A stretch of DNA of 64,000 nucleotides from Mustelus asterias (lineage: Eukaryota), in the NCBI RefSeq assembly GCF_964213995.1, contig NW_027590338.1, positions 310,001 to 374,000 of the forward strand, in the 5' to 3' direction. Under the pieces are notes generated by a model. The model was not told the origin of the DNA and ran no database searches. It saw only the letters and a program-made list of their open reading frames with translations. A program made the translations under genes and the position numbers. Shown here in pieces: positions 24,544-38,220 of this stretch. The first letter of the stretch is position 1, and each line of letters begins with the position of its first letter.

Positions 24544-27500
24544 CAGATTGCTGCCGGTCTGAACATTGCATTTACCTCCATTCCCATTTTAGTGAATCAA
24601 GAAAATGATCATATTTGGGGTTTAAATAGATTAATTGAAGTGAAGATGGACCGAAGATTATCACTGAGTGAAAAGAGGGAAAATTAAAGCAACATTGTTT
24701 CCCCCAGAGGTGTTCTAAAATAGAAACTTTAAGTGTTTTAGGTGTTGTGTGAGGGAAATCGAGGAGAGAGATTAAGTGAGTGAACTGGTCTGTTTCCGGC
24801 ACTGAATTTTCCTCTGATGAGTTTGTTATGCTTTATCCTTTCAGTCACAAGGTGCCTTAAGCAAAAGAAATGAACATTTTTTTTCAACTAGTAGCCAGGT
24901 GCGGCTCCTAGGTACCTGTGTAAGTGAATTAATGGAGACTGACAGAGTGAAGAGGAATTATCTGATTTAGGTACAATCTGAGACAGAGAAGGATAGGAGA
25001 GAAGTTCAGTGAGTCATTTGAAAGATGCATTGCCTTAGCAGCGGAATGGCCAGCTGTGCATCACATTAAAAAGCGTCCAGGGCAGTTCATTAACTTTAGA
25101 TATTGACTGAGGCATAGAATGTGCAAGTAAATACTTAATAAATTACCATAACATGCTTAAACGCAATTGCAATTATTTACACAACGGTTAGCACTGGTAC
25201 CTCACAGAGTTTCGGACACAGGTTCCATTTCGGCCTTGGGTAACTGTTTGTGTGCAGTTTGCACATTCACCCCATGTGTACGTGGGTTTCCTCCAGGTTT
25301 ACCGCTTTCCTCCTACAGTTCAAAGATGTAAAGGTTAGTTGGAGTGGCCATGCTGAATTGTCCCTTAGTGTCCATTTGTATTGCAACATGGCATATGTTT
25401 ATTCTGTTCCTGAATCTCCTTTGAACAAGAGGATGTTATAAGACTCGACCCAAGTTTTCAACAAAATATTGCACACAGTACGAGAGCAATTAGATATTAT
25501 ACGCAACACCTAATCGTTATTAACAAGACGAACCCCTTTCATCCACACAATTATATTGCATTTTTAAGTTAATATCCATCTATTCTTCTCTTTCTTTCTT
25601 TCCATCTTTCTTTCTTTCATTCCATCTATCAGACACATTTTATAGAAAAGCAATTACTGAAATAGTGTCTACTTTATTATTATGAGAACCCAATGGAATG
25701 CAAAGTGACGCACGGATGCGTTCAGTAGTGCATGACATGGAGCCGAGCACAATAATATTTGAGATGGAACCAAATGTAACGTAAGTGGACTCTTGACTAA
25801 GCAACAACAGCTCAGAAATGCTGATTTGTAGCATTTACCATGGCATGTCTTCAGGTATTAATAAATGAAGCGGCATATAATGTAATGTAAACTGATACAA
25901 CTTGCAACAATGATTCAAATGAGTCAAATGCAGAATATAAAGAGGCATGGCCTAGTGCATTACTGTGCAAGACTGCACCAATGTGTTATTGCAGTGAACA
26001 TTGTCAAGTAGAGTAATAACTGAGACAGGGTTAATTGTAGCCCTTATAGAAGCAAGGTCCACTGCATTAATAAATTAAGCTTCAGATTGCGTTATATATA
26101 CAGATACAGTGCTGAAAGTAAAATAAAAGGAGACATGGTCTAGTACAGTCAGAACTGAGACAACTCCTGTGCAAGAAAAAGTATTACATGGTTAAATGCA
26201 GTGATAACTGAAGGAAGTACAGCGTGATAAATCTGAACTCAATGTTTAGTGAAATATACGCATATGCATGGTCCTACTCTGGAAAGAAATTTTAAAAATG
26301 GTCAACCATAGCTTCCACGGAATCATAGCCTAATTCAATAGTAACGATACATGATAATGTTATGAATCCGAGAGGAGGGACTGCGGTGTTGAGGAAGGAG
26401 AGAGAGAGAAAGAATTGGACAAGTACACTAATACCACTCCACTTATGATGATTGATCTGCTGAGTGTTTCTGGCATTTCTTTTTTTAGATCCCATGCATC
26501 CGCAGTATCTTGTTTCTCATGGCTACTTAGCGATATTAGCACAAAATAAACCTACTCTTCCAAACAAGAATGACTGGTATCGGACATGCACGCCCATATG
26601 TATCGTGATTGATAATATCTCGACAGGCAACATATTCATAGTCGCATGTTGGATTAACAGAGACAGGCTGTGGTGTGATGCAAAGAGACAAATCCTGTGT
26701 AATATAAAAAGAGATGGGATCCGATGTAATATAATCAGATCCGTGGTCTACTCCAATACTAATTGAGAGGACTTAATGTAGCATAAATAGAGAGATGGCT
26801 CGTGTAACATAACAAGAGAAACGACTGGATGCAGTATAGAGACAGGGCCTACTGTCGTATAATTAAATATTGGGGCTGATACAGCATAAATAGAAGTATG
26901 GACTGATGCAATGTAATCAGAGGTATGGTTCAGTTAATTGATAACTAATAAAGCAGTGTCTTATGTATACTGGCCCGCTTGCCAGTGGATAACAATTTCT
27001 TCTTAATCAGTAAAACATTCCCGTTCATAGTTTTGAACTTCTGTCCTAAATCTCCCATAAATTGTTCAGTTCGAAGGGAAACAAACGCAGCGTTCAGCTG
27101 TTCTGATAGTGCAGCTCATGCATGATGAACGTCAAGCTCCACACCACCTTCTGCCTCGCATGTTTCCCGATGTCATTTTAGGAATTGATGGAACTTTTAC
27201 ACGGATTCCCATTAAGCATTGCCATCGTGTCAGAATAAGATTCAAGGCTAGGTGAAGACTTGCTTCTGACAATTAAATGCATCAGTGTAATGTTGGACAC
27301 AGATCTCAGAATTTAGACGCACTCTGCTAAATGTCATAATGGCAAAACTCAAACTGTGATCAGTTAACAGTTTTTCTCAGTGGAATCAATATCAGTTTCG
27401 AGTCAAATGGTAATGTCTTCAATTCCCACAACAGATGCTTGAGCTGACGATCCAACCTGTGACCAAGTGCTGAATGTTTAGTTATTCCATTATTAGATAT

Positions 27501-28649
27501 GATGATATTTCAGCCTAAGGAGCAGTATAGCAACATCATTATCAAGCTAGTTTTCCAGAAGCTTGAAGTAATGCTCCGGGGACAGGAGTTCAAATTCTCC
27601 ATATGTCTGCGTGGGTTCTGGTGCTCCGGTTTCCTCCCACGGTCCAATGGTGTGCGAGTTAGGTTGATTCGCCAAGCTAAATTGCCCCTTAGTGCCCCAG
27701 CATGTGTAGGTTAATTATGTGGGGTTGCGGGGATTGGGCCTGGGTGGGATTGTTGTCGATGCACGCTCGATGGGCCGAATGGCCTCCTTCTGCACTGTAG
27801 GGTTTCTACGAACAAAACGCAAGTTCTTTCCAAATGTTAACATTATAAAATGCAAAATTTGACATGTTGAAAGCTCTGAGATTAATGTGTGATTACAGTC
27901 ACTCTTCTGCCTGATGTTTTAACTTGTCAAATTTGAGTAGATTAAACCTCAATCACATTGACATTCAGTGGAATACCAGCCTGTTCAAATATATTTTATT
28001 TATTGTGTCATCAGAACTTTCAGAATAAATTATTGATTAGAAGGTTTTTTTTACTTGAATGAAATAGCATTTGGTCCAATGGGTATTCACGAAGCTTCTA
28101 TTCATTTTGAACCAACTGTCAATATACTTAAAATAAACTGCTATTTTGAGTTCAAACTAATCAATAAGTGACTGTTTATCTGTTTTTTTCTGCCATGAAC
28201 ACTTCATTGCAAGCAGTAAGGTGTTTATACAAATAAACACATAGATAGAAATCCCAGATTAGATTTATTGATTGACAAAAATCAACAAGTATTTCTCCAC
28301 CAACACAACACAGAAATAGAGGCAAACGTGCAAATAAATTAATCGATTCCAGTCGTGATTGTTTTTGGGCAATTTTTTCTTCATCAGTTATATGCGCAAA
28401 AAGAGCCAACATCATATCTATGTTCAAAATTAGAAAAGATTCCCTCTAATCTCGAAATACAGTGACACGGCAAATATATATGTGGCGATTTCCTGTGCTT
28501 TATCTCTCTGTGTCATTCTCCTGTCTGATTCTGTGTCGTGTCTTGTCCACGATGGATCATTGTCTTTACTCAACAACATCATGTCACACTCCAACTATGT
28601 ATTCTCTCAGCCCTGTTCATAGGCTTCTAACAAAACGGATCTAATTCAA

Positions 28650-28950
28650 TTAATTGGAATATATAGAGGGAGCTTTACTCCCAAATGTATCTTGACTATT
28701 CCCTGTATCTAACCCGTCCTGTCCCTGCTAACCAATTGTTTGAATGGACAGTGTAGAGAAAGTTTTGCTGATTCTAAACAGTCTACAGTTTCTGGGAATG
28801 ATTGATTGGGACCGCGTAGATGGAGTTCCACTTTGTATTTACTCCGAGCTACACCTGCCTTGGGAGTGTTTAATGTTGCAATGTGGAGGGAGTTTTTCAT
28901 TCGGTACCTAACCCCATGATACACCTGCCCTTGGAATGTTTGCTGGGATG
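28650..28950 (+). repeat. ~66-bp tandem repeat remnant (acagtgtagagggagctttactc...ctgggagtgtttgatggg family)
   Basis: About four degenerate units; related copies at ~6230-6430 and ~61440-61490. Confidence 0.6.
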
Positions 28951-29949
28951 CTAGGCCCTCTTCCTATATTGCACTCGTCTGTGACCCTGTCTCTGCTTAG
29001 GTTAAATTAACTAATCTCGGTGTCGGTTTTTATTAAAGAAAATTCTGTCTCTGTTCATATTACACTGGACGTGCTCTGCGTTTATGCTGCACGTCACCAT
29101 GTCTCTGCTTATGTTAGTTCGACAGTAACTCTGCTTTTATTGGTGATGACCGGCCTCTGTACTAAACCAGATGCAGTATCAGTTCTGCAATTGACTCTGT
29201 CCATGGTCATTTTATATTTGGCACGGACTGTTATTACTGCACTCGACAATGCCCAATCATGTGAAAATTGGCTGGGGGAACACAATTCTCTGCATCCTCC
29301 TACAGATACATCTCTGTAGAATGGAGACTAGTCTTGGGCATTGGAAAAGACGAAGTGATACCTGAAATATAATTCTGTTAACTGCATTGAAAATGGATAT
29401 CAAACCCTGCGCAGCATAGTCTGTCGATCCAATACTTTCCGTTTCAGGATCCTGCTAAATACAGATGTTTTTAGCCCAGCATTGTTATGTATGATATTAC
29501 CTCTCCATCTCACAGAACCGTAGAGTAATGCGGCCATAATTCAAACAGGGGCATAATCCAGTGCATTAATAACAGTGGCCTGGTCTCGTGAAATATAGAC
29601 AGATTCAGGAACAAATATCATATAAACAGGGAATGGGTGCAGTGCAATATTAACTAAGTTCTGGTCAAGCGGAGTATTAACAGAGACAGGATCCATTTTA
29701 ATATAAGCAGAGGCCTGATCCAGTAAAACAGAAACGAGGTCGTGCTGAGTGCCTGTGGGAACTTAAAGGCGAAATACTTGCCTTACCTGAGACACCCATA
29801 TCACATGAAAGAAACATTAAAAAATATGAATGACGTCGAATAGTACAAGAAAAACTGAGACAGTGTCGAGTGCAATTTTAACTGGATGCAGTAACTTGTG
29901 CAATATAAACTGAGACACAGCCTAATGTCTTCGTGTCAATTATTGGTAA

Positions 29950-30200
29950 TGACCTGGACCGATATTAACTGAGACAGAGCATAGTGCATTAGAAGCAATT
30001 ACTGATACAGGATGGACTGATATTAACTGAGACAGCGCCAAATGCATTTGTAGTAATTACTGATGCAGGACCTGGACTGATATCAACTGAGACAGAATTT
30101 AATGTGTTATTAGCAATTAGATACGAAATGTAGACTGATATAAATTGAGACAGAGTCAAGTGCATTGGTAGTAATTACTAATATGAGAACTAGACTGGTA
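29950..30200 (+). repeat. ~59-bp tandem repeat, about 4 copies
   Basis: gatattaactgagacag-like motif at 29961, 30019, 30079 and 30137. Confidence 0.85.
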
Positions 30201-30472
30201 CACACTGAAATATGGACAGTACACAAATTAGAGGGATCACATGATGCAATAATAACAGAGACAGGTCAGAGTGTTAAATAAATAAATACATGGATTGGTG
30301 CAGCATTAACTAAACAGGATCGAGTTTATTTGATCTAATGAACCATTAGAGCAATGACTATGACTGAAACTCACGTAACGCAAGAAGGGTGTTGTTCCAG
30401 CTTAGTTTCCACCGAAAATGCAGTCAGAATTGAGACACAACCTCTTGCCAGATATAAAACTTTAAAGCTTTT

Positions 30473-30828
30473 CGGGCGGCACGGTAGTACAGTGGTTAGC
30501 ACTGCTGCTTCACAGCTCCTGGGACCTGGGTTCGATTCCCCGCTCAGGTCACTTTTTGTGCGGAGTTTGCACATTCTCCCCGTGTCTGCGTGGGTTTCCT
30601 CCAGGTGCTCTGGTTTCCTCCCACAGTCCAAAGATGTGCGGGTTAGGTTGATTGGCCAAGCTAAATTGCCCCTTAGTGTCACAGGATGCGTAGATTAGAT
30701 GGATTAGTGGGTGGATTAGCAGGTAAATATGTGGGGATATGTGGATAGGGCCTGGATGGGATTGTTGTCGGTACAGACTCGATGGGCCGAATGGCCTCCT
30801 TCTGTACTGTAGGGGTTCTATGGTTCTA
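30473..30828 (+). mobile_element. Full-length tRNA-derived SINE (HE1-like)
   Basis: Pol III A/B boxes (tagtacagtggttagc, gggttcgattccc) and CR1-type tail (ttctatggttcta). Confidence 0.85.
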
Positions 30829-31093
30829 ATTTATTGGTGTCACATTAACACTGCAATAAAGTTACTGTGAAAATCTCCTGGTCGCCACCCTCCAGTGCCT
30901 GCTCAGGTACACTGAGGAAGAATTTAACATGGCCAAAGTGCAGCTAACCAGCATGTCTTTCGGACTGTGGGAGGAAGTCCACGCAGGGAGAAGGTGCAGA
31001 CTCCACACAGTCACTCAGCCAAGCTGGGAATTGAACCCACGTCCCTGGCGCTGTGAGGCAGCAGTGCTAACCATTGTGCCACAGTGCCACCCA
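30829..31093 (-). mobile_element. tRNA-derived SINE, tail-to-tail with the previous one
   Basis: Minus head gggtggcactgtggcacaatggttagcactgctgcctcacag; same subtype as 41940-42250. Confidence 0.8.
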
Positions 31094-31299
31094 TATTAAC
31101 TGAGACTGAGTTCAGCAATAGTCATAACTCAGAAAGTTTCGTGTAAACAGGGCCTTGGCACTTTTATGAACAACTGTTAATGAGCCGACTAGAGAAATAA
31201 CAGAGACAGAACACGCTGTAATGTGATTGAGACATGGCCTACTGCAATAAACGGAGGTTGGGGCTAGTAGAATATAAGCAGAGATATGACATGTTCAAA

Positions 31300-33200
31300 A
31301 TTATTTAAATAAATCTTGGTGTCACTGGTAAAGTAGCATTTGTTGCCACTTCTTTTTTTACGTTTGAGAATGTTGCGGTGAGCTCTATTCTTGAACCATT
31401 GCATTCCATATGAAGTAAATATACTCACAGTGCAGTTAAGAAGGGAGTTACAAGATTTTCATCCATGGACATTGAAATATAGTGACATAGTTCCCAGTCA
31501 AGTGTGGGTTTTATGGGGACTTGCAGGGTAATTATGTTCTCGTGCATCTGATGCCCTTGTCCTTTTAAGTATCAGAGTTAATGTGTTTCGAAGGTGCAAT
31601 TGAAAGAGTATGTTGCTGCTATACCAGTTGTATATCTTTCACACTGCCAGAGTTGTCCATCTGTGATGCAGAGAGTGAATGTTTAAAGTGGTGGGTGGGC
31701 GTTCATTGAGCCGGCTGCTTTTTACTTGGTGGTGTTGAACTTTTTGTGTGTTGCTTCAGGGTTTTACGTCAGGAAAGTGGAGAATATTAATTCACAATAC
31801 TGACTGTTGCCCTGTATGTTATGGACAGGGTTTGGGAAGTCAGGAGGTGAGTTACTCAACGCAGAATTCCCAGTCTCTGACCTGCTCTTGTAACAATATT
31901 ATTTACATGGTTGTCCCAGTTCACTTTGTCATCAATGGTAATTCCCAGAATGATGATAGTGGGGGATTCAGCTGTAGTCATTCCATTTAATGACAAGCAG
32001 AGATGTTTGGAATCTCTCTTACTTAAAAAGGTCATTCATTGCCTACCACTTGGGCGGCGTGAATGTCATTTGCCACTTCACAACCAAAGCCTGAATGTTT
32101 TCTAATTCTTGCTGCTTATGGGCACGGACTGCTTCAGTATCTGAGGAGTTGTAAATGTGCTGAACATTGTGCAATCATCAGTGAACGTCCCACTTCTGAG
32201 CTTGCCTTGAAGGGTGAAGATTAGGCCGAGAACTCTATCCTGAGGAGTTCCTTCAGCAATGCCCTGTGACTGAGATGATTGGTTTTTAACAACCACAGCT
32301 AACTTACTCTGAATTGGGTGTGACTGAAGCCAGTGGAATGTTTTTCCACAGATCTCCATTGGCTGCGGCTTTGCTCTGGCTTCTTGATGCCACGATTGGT
32401 CAAGTGCTGCGTTGATGTCGAGGGCAGGCATTCTCACCTCACATCAGTAAATCAGCTATTTCCACGATATTTGGACTAAGATTAAATCAATTCTAGAACT
32501 GAGTACTCCCAGTGGGATCCAAACAGAGCATCATTGAGCAAATAATTTTTCGTAGCAGTTGTAGCTGTATTGTTATTATTATATTATTATTAATATTTGG
32601 ATGATCCTTCATACTTCCCATTACGTTGATCGCGTGAGGATGCATTGGGCGGTAATTGGTCGGGTTGGATTTGTCCTGCCTTTTGGAACAGGGCATGTCT
32701 GCCAAATTTCCACAATGTTATGTATGTGATCGTGATGTATATACTTGAATAGATTGGCTGGGGCGCAGCAAGCTCCAGAGCACAAATCATTATTATTATA
32801 CCTGAAATATTGTCAGGACCCATAAACTTTGCAGTGTCCAACGCCTTCAGCACAGGGTTAGGCCACAGATCAATCATGTTCAGATTGCATGGTGGAATGG
32901 GCTCCAGGGGCCGAATGGTCCACTCCTGTTCTTATGCTCCATGATATCATGTTGAATGATTTGACCTCCTGGGAGACTGGCATCTGTGATGCTCGCGGCA
33001 TCAGGAGGAGACCGAGACGATACATCCTCTCGGCCCTTCTGGCTGAAGATGGTAGCAATTGTTTCAGTCTTGTTTCTTTTCCCTTTTGCTGGGACCCCCC
33101 ATCATTAAGAATTGGGGTTTTATTTGAGGCTCCTGCTGCGGTTATTTTTTCAAATGTCAACCACCATTCAGGACTGCATGTGGCAGAACTGCAAAGTTAG
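31300..33200 (-). mobile_element. Degenerate CR1/L2-group LINE RT fragments
   Basis: ALDINAALDQSWH, KSNPTNYRP and KALDTAKFMGPDNI remnants in ORFs 32102-32877. Confidence 0.75.
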
Positions 33201-33569
33201 TCCCTACCTGTAACAATACGGATCAGAGTGATTGCGTGATGTATACATTGACATGCACTGGTGCAATCTGAGTTTAAACAGGGTGCCATATAATATAATA
33301 TATTATAATCATAGACAGGGTCCATTACGTATATATATATATATATATATTGGCATAGGGTCCAGTGTAACATTTATTGAGGCAGTGCCTGCTTCATGTA
33401 ATATAAACCATCAAGATTTCAATTCCATCTTTTACAGTTACTGTAAAAATATCGCTGTCAGGTATGATCTATGATATTAATGCATAAAGAATTCACACCC
33501 ATAAATATAATACCACATCCCCTTCTGCGGAAGTTGCCCAAACTTAAGGTGCAATGAACTATAGATGTA

Positions 33570-34440
33570 CGTTGCTGAATAATGCAGGTTAAGCGGTGTG
33601 CCGCAGGAATCTGTCTTGGGGCCTCAATTATTTACAATATTCATAACGGCTAAAATAATGGCACAAAAAGTCAAATATCCAAATGATAGATTAAGCTTTT
33701 TTTAGAAGGCACAAGTTAAATTTAGTGGATGCTCAGAGAGATTTGGGTGTTCGGGTGCATAGCTTCTTAAAATGCCACGAACTGATACAGAAAGTAGTCA
33801 AGCACGCCAACGGAATTCTGGCCTGCGTATCTAAAGGACTGGAGGATAGGGATTCAGATGTTATGCTGCAATTGTGCAAAATGCTGGTTAGAGCCCACCT
33901 AGAGTACTGTGCGCAGGTATGGGCATCGCACCTTTGGAAAGATGTTGGCCCTGGAGGGAGTTCAACGCAGGTTCACAAGAATTATACGTGGTCTTCAGGG
34001 GTTAAGTTGCGAGGAGAAATTAGACAAATTGGAACTTTTTCTCTCGAATTCAGAATGTTGAGGGGTGCTCTGAAAGAAATCTACAAAATATTTCCGTGGT
34101 AGGACAGGGCGGATAAGGATAAGAATTTCCCACCAGTTGAAGGCCCTGGAATAAAGGGCCAATTTCTTTTAAAAAACGGACCAAGCCGTTCAGGAGAGTT
34201 GATCAAAAGCATTTCGACACGCAGAGTGGAGGAGGTTTGGAACCTTCTTCCTCAAAGGCCAGTGGGTGCTGGTTCAATTGTTAGATTTATGTCTGAGATT
34301 GACTTTTGTATTGAACAGGGGTATCGAGGGATATGGGCCAAGGGCAGGTACATGGATTTGGCCACAGATCAGCTATGATCTTACTGAATGGTGGGGCGCG
34401 TTCGAGAAGCTGAATGGCCTTCTTCTGCTTTTTTATTCAT
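33570..34440 (+). mobile_element. Degenerate CR1 LINE
   Basis: ORF 33725-34102 (QRDLGV, RAHLEYCAQVW). Confidence 0.8.
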
Positions 34441-35039
34441 TTTTGGGACATGGGCGTCGCTGGCTGGTCAGCATTTTCCCATCCCTTGTTGCCCATGATA
34501 AGGTGGTGGTGAGTTGCCTTCTTGAATCGCTACAGTCCATGTTCTGTGGGTAGACCCACAATGCCATTACGGAGGAAATTCAAGGATTGTGACTCAGCGC
34601 TTGTGAAGGAAAGGCGATATATTTCCAAGTCAGGATGGTGACTGGCTTGGAGGAGAACTTCTGTTCCTATGTTCCTATGTTGCCAGGTCAGCATCAGAGC
34701 AAAATGGCTCAATCCATGGTCATGCATTTTTGTTCATTTTGGTTCGAAGGATCAATGCTGACCAGGGCGCTATTCGAGACCATGGGACTTTTAACGTCCA
34801 GCTCAGCTAACGTGGCGTTGGGGAAAGTTTATTTGTTCATCATTTCATCTGAAAGATAGTTGGGGGTAATTGTTTCTTAAGCCTCCCAGGAAGCCAAGAT
34901 GGAGTTTTAAATTGAAGGAAAAATGTATGGGTGTGTGCGTGTGTGTGTCGCGTTGTCTGAAAAACGTCATATTGTTTATAAATCAATTTCACAATGATAA
35001 CTGATATCCTTTCATTTAAAATAAAAATTAGGAACACAG

Positions 35040-36120
35040 TAAAAACATCAAATTCGGAATGGGTTCTTTTTCATATGTCACCTTTGTTGATGACTGAGGA
35101 GGACATTTTTGAGACGTAGATTCTGTTGGAAGTGCTTCCCATGAAGCCACCAATTGTGGTTGTATGTTGTCGTTTTCTGTGTCATGAATGAGACTGAGGA
35201 GTTTTGATGGAGAGCGAATTTTTCCCAAATATTGTAGTCCCTGCTCTGCTACAGGTGTTGAATGTCTTGATGAGATTGACGAAGGTAAAGATAAGTACAT
35301 AGGGCATATGAAGCAGATATTTTTCAGAGTCAATCTTCCATTACAAACACAACACTGTGTTTCAGGGTAATCCGGGTCTTCAAGCAGATGAATGATTTCA
35401 AGTGTGACACTGACAATGGCCTTTCCCGTGATGCAATAATGGATATATATCTGTAGTTGTTGCAGTGTCCTCTGACGGCTTTGTTTTTAGATAGTGTTTT
35501 GCTTTTGAATCATGCATGTCCTGTGGAGCGCATCCTATCTTCCAGCAGAGAAAGAGCAGATCATAAATGTTCATAAAGTTGATATTTATTTTCACCAATT
35601 GCCATCCATTCACAAAGTTGCACAATTTTGTTCACCAGTTATCATCCATTCATAAACATTAATAGTTTTAAGTTTTAAGTTAAGGGATGTGGGCGTTGCT
35701 GGCTAGGTCAGCATTTGTTGCCTATTCCTAATTGCCCTTAGTAAGCTGGTAGTGAGGTGCAGAATTTGTGGTGTGTCTACTCACACAGTGCTGTTGCAGA
35801 TTCACGAAAGTACGGCAAGATACGTACATATGGCATATGGAGCAGATGTTTTCTAGAGTTCCAATATAGTCCAATACAAACACAGCACTGTGCTTCAGGG
35901 TAACCCCGGTCTTCAAGCAGATGAATGCTTTAAAGTGTGACACAGGCCAAGGCCTTTTCCATGATGCTATGATGGATATATATCTGTAGTTGTTGCAATG
36001 TCCTCTGTCGGCTTTGCTTTCAGATAGTGTGATGTTTTTAAATTACGCATCTCCTGCAGAACAGATCCTACCTTCCAGCAGAGAAAGAGAAGGTCATAAA
36101 TGTTCATAAAATTGTTATTT
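35040..36120 (-). mobile_element. Ancient RTE-clade LINE RT fragments (locally duplicated)
   Basis: Frame-shifted remnants of PQDMxD...DCNNYRxISLLSITGK...LADRVYPE...DLxKAFxTVSR, typical of RTE reverse transcriptases. A third copy lies at ~41420-42300. Confidence 0.65.
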
Positions 36121-37859
36121 ATTTTCATCAATTGGCATCCATTCACAAAGTTGCATAATTTTGTTCACCAGTTATCATCCATTCATAAACATGAATAAAT
36201 TTAAATTCTAATTTAAGGGATGTGGGCTTTGCTGGGTAGGTCAGCATTTTTGCCTATCCCTAATTGTCCTTCGTAAGCTGGTGGTGAGCTACCTTCTTGA
36301 ATTTCTGCGCAACCTGTGGTGTAGGTACTCACACAGTGCTGTTACAGAGGAGGTTCTAGGATTTCAATCCAGCGACAATGAAAGAAGGGAGCTTTTTTCC
36401 AAATCAGATTTGTGAATGGCTTGGAGGGGAATTTATAGGTGATACTCCCAGGTAATTGTTATCCCTGTCCTTCCAGATGGTAACTGATGTGTGATTGGAA
36501 GGTACAGCCAAAGGATTCTTGGTGAGTTCCTGTAGTGAAATTTGTAGATGGCACATAATGCTGCTCTTGTTTGTCGGTGGTGGAGGGAGAGAGCATTTGC
36601 AAATGCTATGCCAGTCAGGCCGTCTGCGTTTTCCTGAATGCTTTAAAACTTCTTGAATGCTGTTTTAGCTGCAGTCATTCAAGCAAGTGCAGAGAACTCT
36701 ATTATACTCCTGAGTTGTGGTTTGTAGGTGGTGGACAGGTTTGGGGAGTCAGGAGGTGGGTCACCCACAGCAAGCTGACCTGATATTCGAGCCGGAGCAT
36801 TTATATACCTAGTTAATTCAGCGATTAGCCAATGGTAACACCGACGATGTTTATAGTGGGTGATTCAGTATCGTAATATCATTGAGTGACAAGGAGCAAT
36901 GGGTAGATTCTCTCTTTTTGGAGATGGTCATTGTCTGGTGCGAATATTACTAATAATCTGCAAATCACAAAAATAAATAAATATTTCACAAATTATTTTC
37001 AGCATTTTATTTGATACAAAATTAATTGCAGTTTATTAAATATAATTCATTGAGATTCAAATTTATTCCGTTCACTTTGGCCTTTCGTCACCAAATAATC
37101 AAATCTGTCCCAGAATTCAGCGGGAAATGGAATTAAATCAGACCGAGGATAAGGAGCAGCTACACAGCAGCCTCTGCGTTTTATTGACCAGTAATCACTT
37201 CATCATCACACAAAAACTCTTGAGATATGTCTGGAGTGTGTGACCATTTTTAGAATGACAGTATAACTGAAAGTATCTGTATTTAATGTGAAGTTATAGA
37301 AGCTTAAAATCTAGATTGATTATTACATCGTTTTGGAAAGTAATTTAAAACTTTTGGGTGTCCAGTGAGTTTCACAATATTTTACTTGCCACATGATTTA
37401 TTTTTTAGCCGATTATCTTCACTAATTTGGTTGATGATCTGTTGAGTGATTTTGTTGCTCTAGAAAGGCCACATGTTCCAAATATTACAATCCGCCCTCA
37501 TCAACCTGATCATGTTCCCCCATTCCATTTTCAGGGGGAAAATATCACCATCAGCAGGGGGAAAATATCAGATTACTCTCACTGAGCTTCAGTTCATTTG
37601 TTCCCGATATCTCGGGGATGGAATTCACCCAGAAAATCTAGAAGGACTAAAGGTTACAGACTGACACAATTGTAATAAAGGACCAGCTTTGATTTTTGAA
37701 GTAGTAAAACACAAGTATGCAAATATCGAATAGCAAATTTCAGGACCAACTATCGTCGCATTCACCAATCCATTCACTGATTCCTCAATCAAAACATTCA
37801 GGCATCCAACTATCGTTCATCCCTGCATCAACACAAGCAATTGTTTTTTGGTGTGTGTA

Positions 37860-38210
37860 GATGGTGGCGCAATATTAATGCCAGTGGACCAGTAATCCAG
37901 AACCCCAGCTCAGCGATGTGGGAACGCGAGATTAAATCCGACCATGGTAGCTGGTGGAATTTGATTTCAATCAATAGATCTTGGTTCCTACTGACAGCGA
38001 CCAGATAAACCTCCCTGATTCCCCAATGAAGGAAATCTGCCATCCCTACTTGCTCTTACTAGGATGTAACTCAAGATGGACGGCTATATAAGTAACTGGG
38101 CAACGCCTTCTGAGATGCCCTAACACACCATTCAGTTGAAAAGAGATTAGGCACATGAAATAAATGTTGGTCTTTCCAGAGACTCCCACGTCCCATGGAA
38201 GAATGAAGTG
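37860..38210 (+). mobile_element. Old SINE (SacSINE1/DeuSINE-like)
   Basis: Same family at ~17580-17900, 44045-44390 and 59320-59625 (minus). Family name is from memory. Confidence 0.55.
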
Positions 38211-38220
38211 AAATAAAACT

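Larger units (their letters stand above)
19680..33480. repeat. Patches of an old degenerate ~26-27-bp satellite (approx. TAACTGAGACAGGGTCTAGTGTAATA) in both orientations
   Basis: Periodic gagacag motif forward at ~22570-23140, 25650-26970, 29520-30450, 31095-31295, 33205-33480 (also 39915-40360). Reverse (ctgtctc) at ~19680-20135, 21270-21775, 28440-29250. Confidence 0.65.

Noticed and set aside
24180-24570. Possible minus-strand leader exon (MFRPAAICVVVL...) and a CC-chemokine-like stretch (PVSCCRFQT)
   Set aside because: Stops in both parts and wrong cysteine spacing; no supportable gene model.
29950-30200. Regularly spaced repeats superficially like a CRISPR array
   Set aside because: Vertebrate DNA; the 'spacers' are homologous to each other, so this is a simple tandem repeat.
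35028-35625. Thrice-repeated segment that looked like a duplicated exon of an unknown gene
   Set aside because: Frame-shifted translation matches RTE-type reverse transcriptase motifs.
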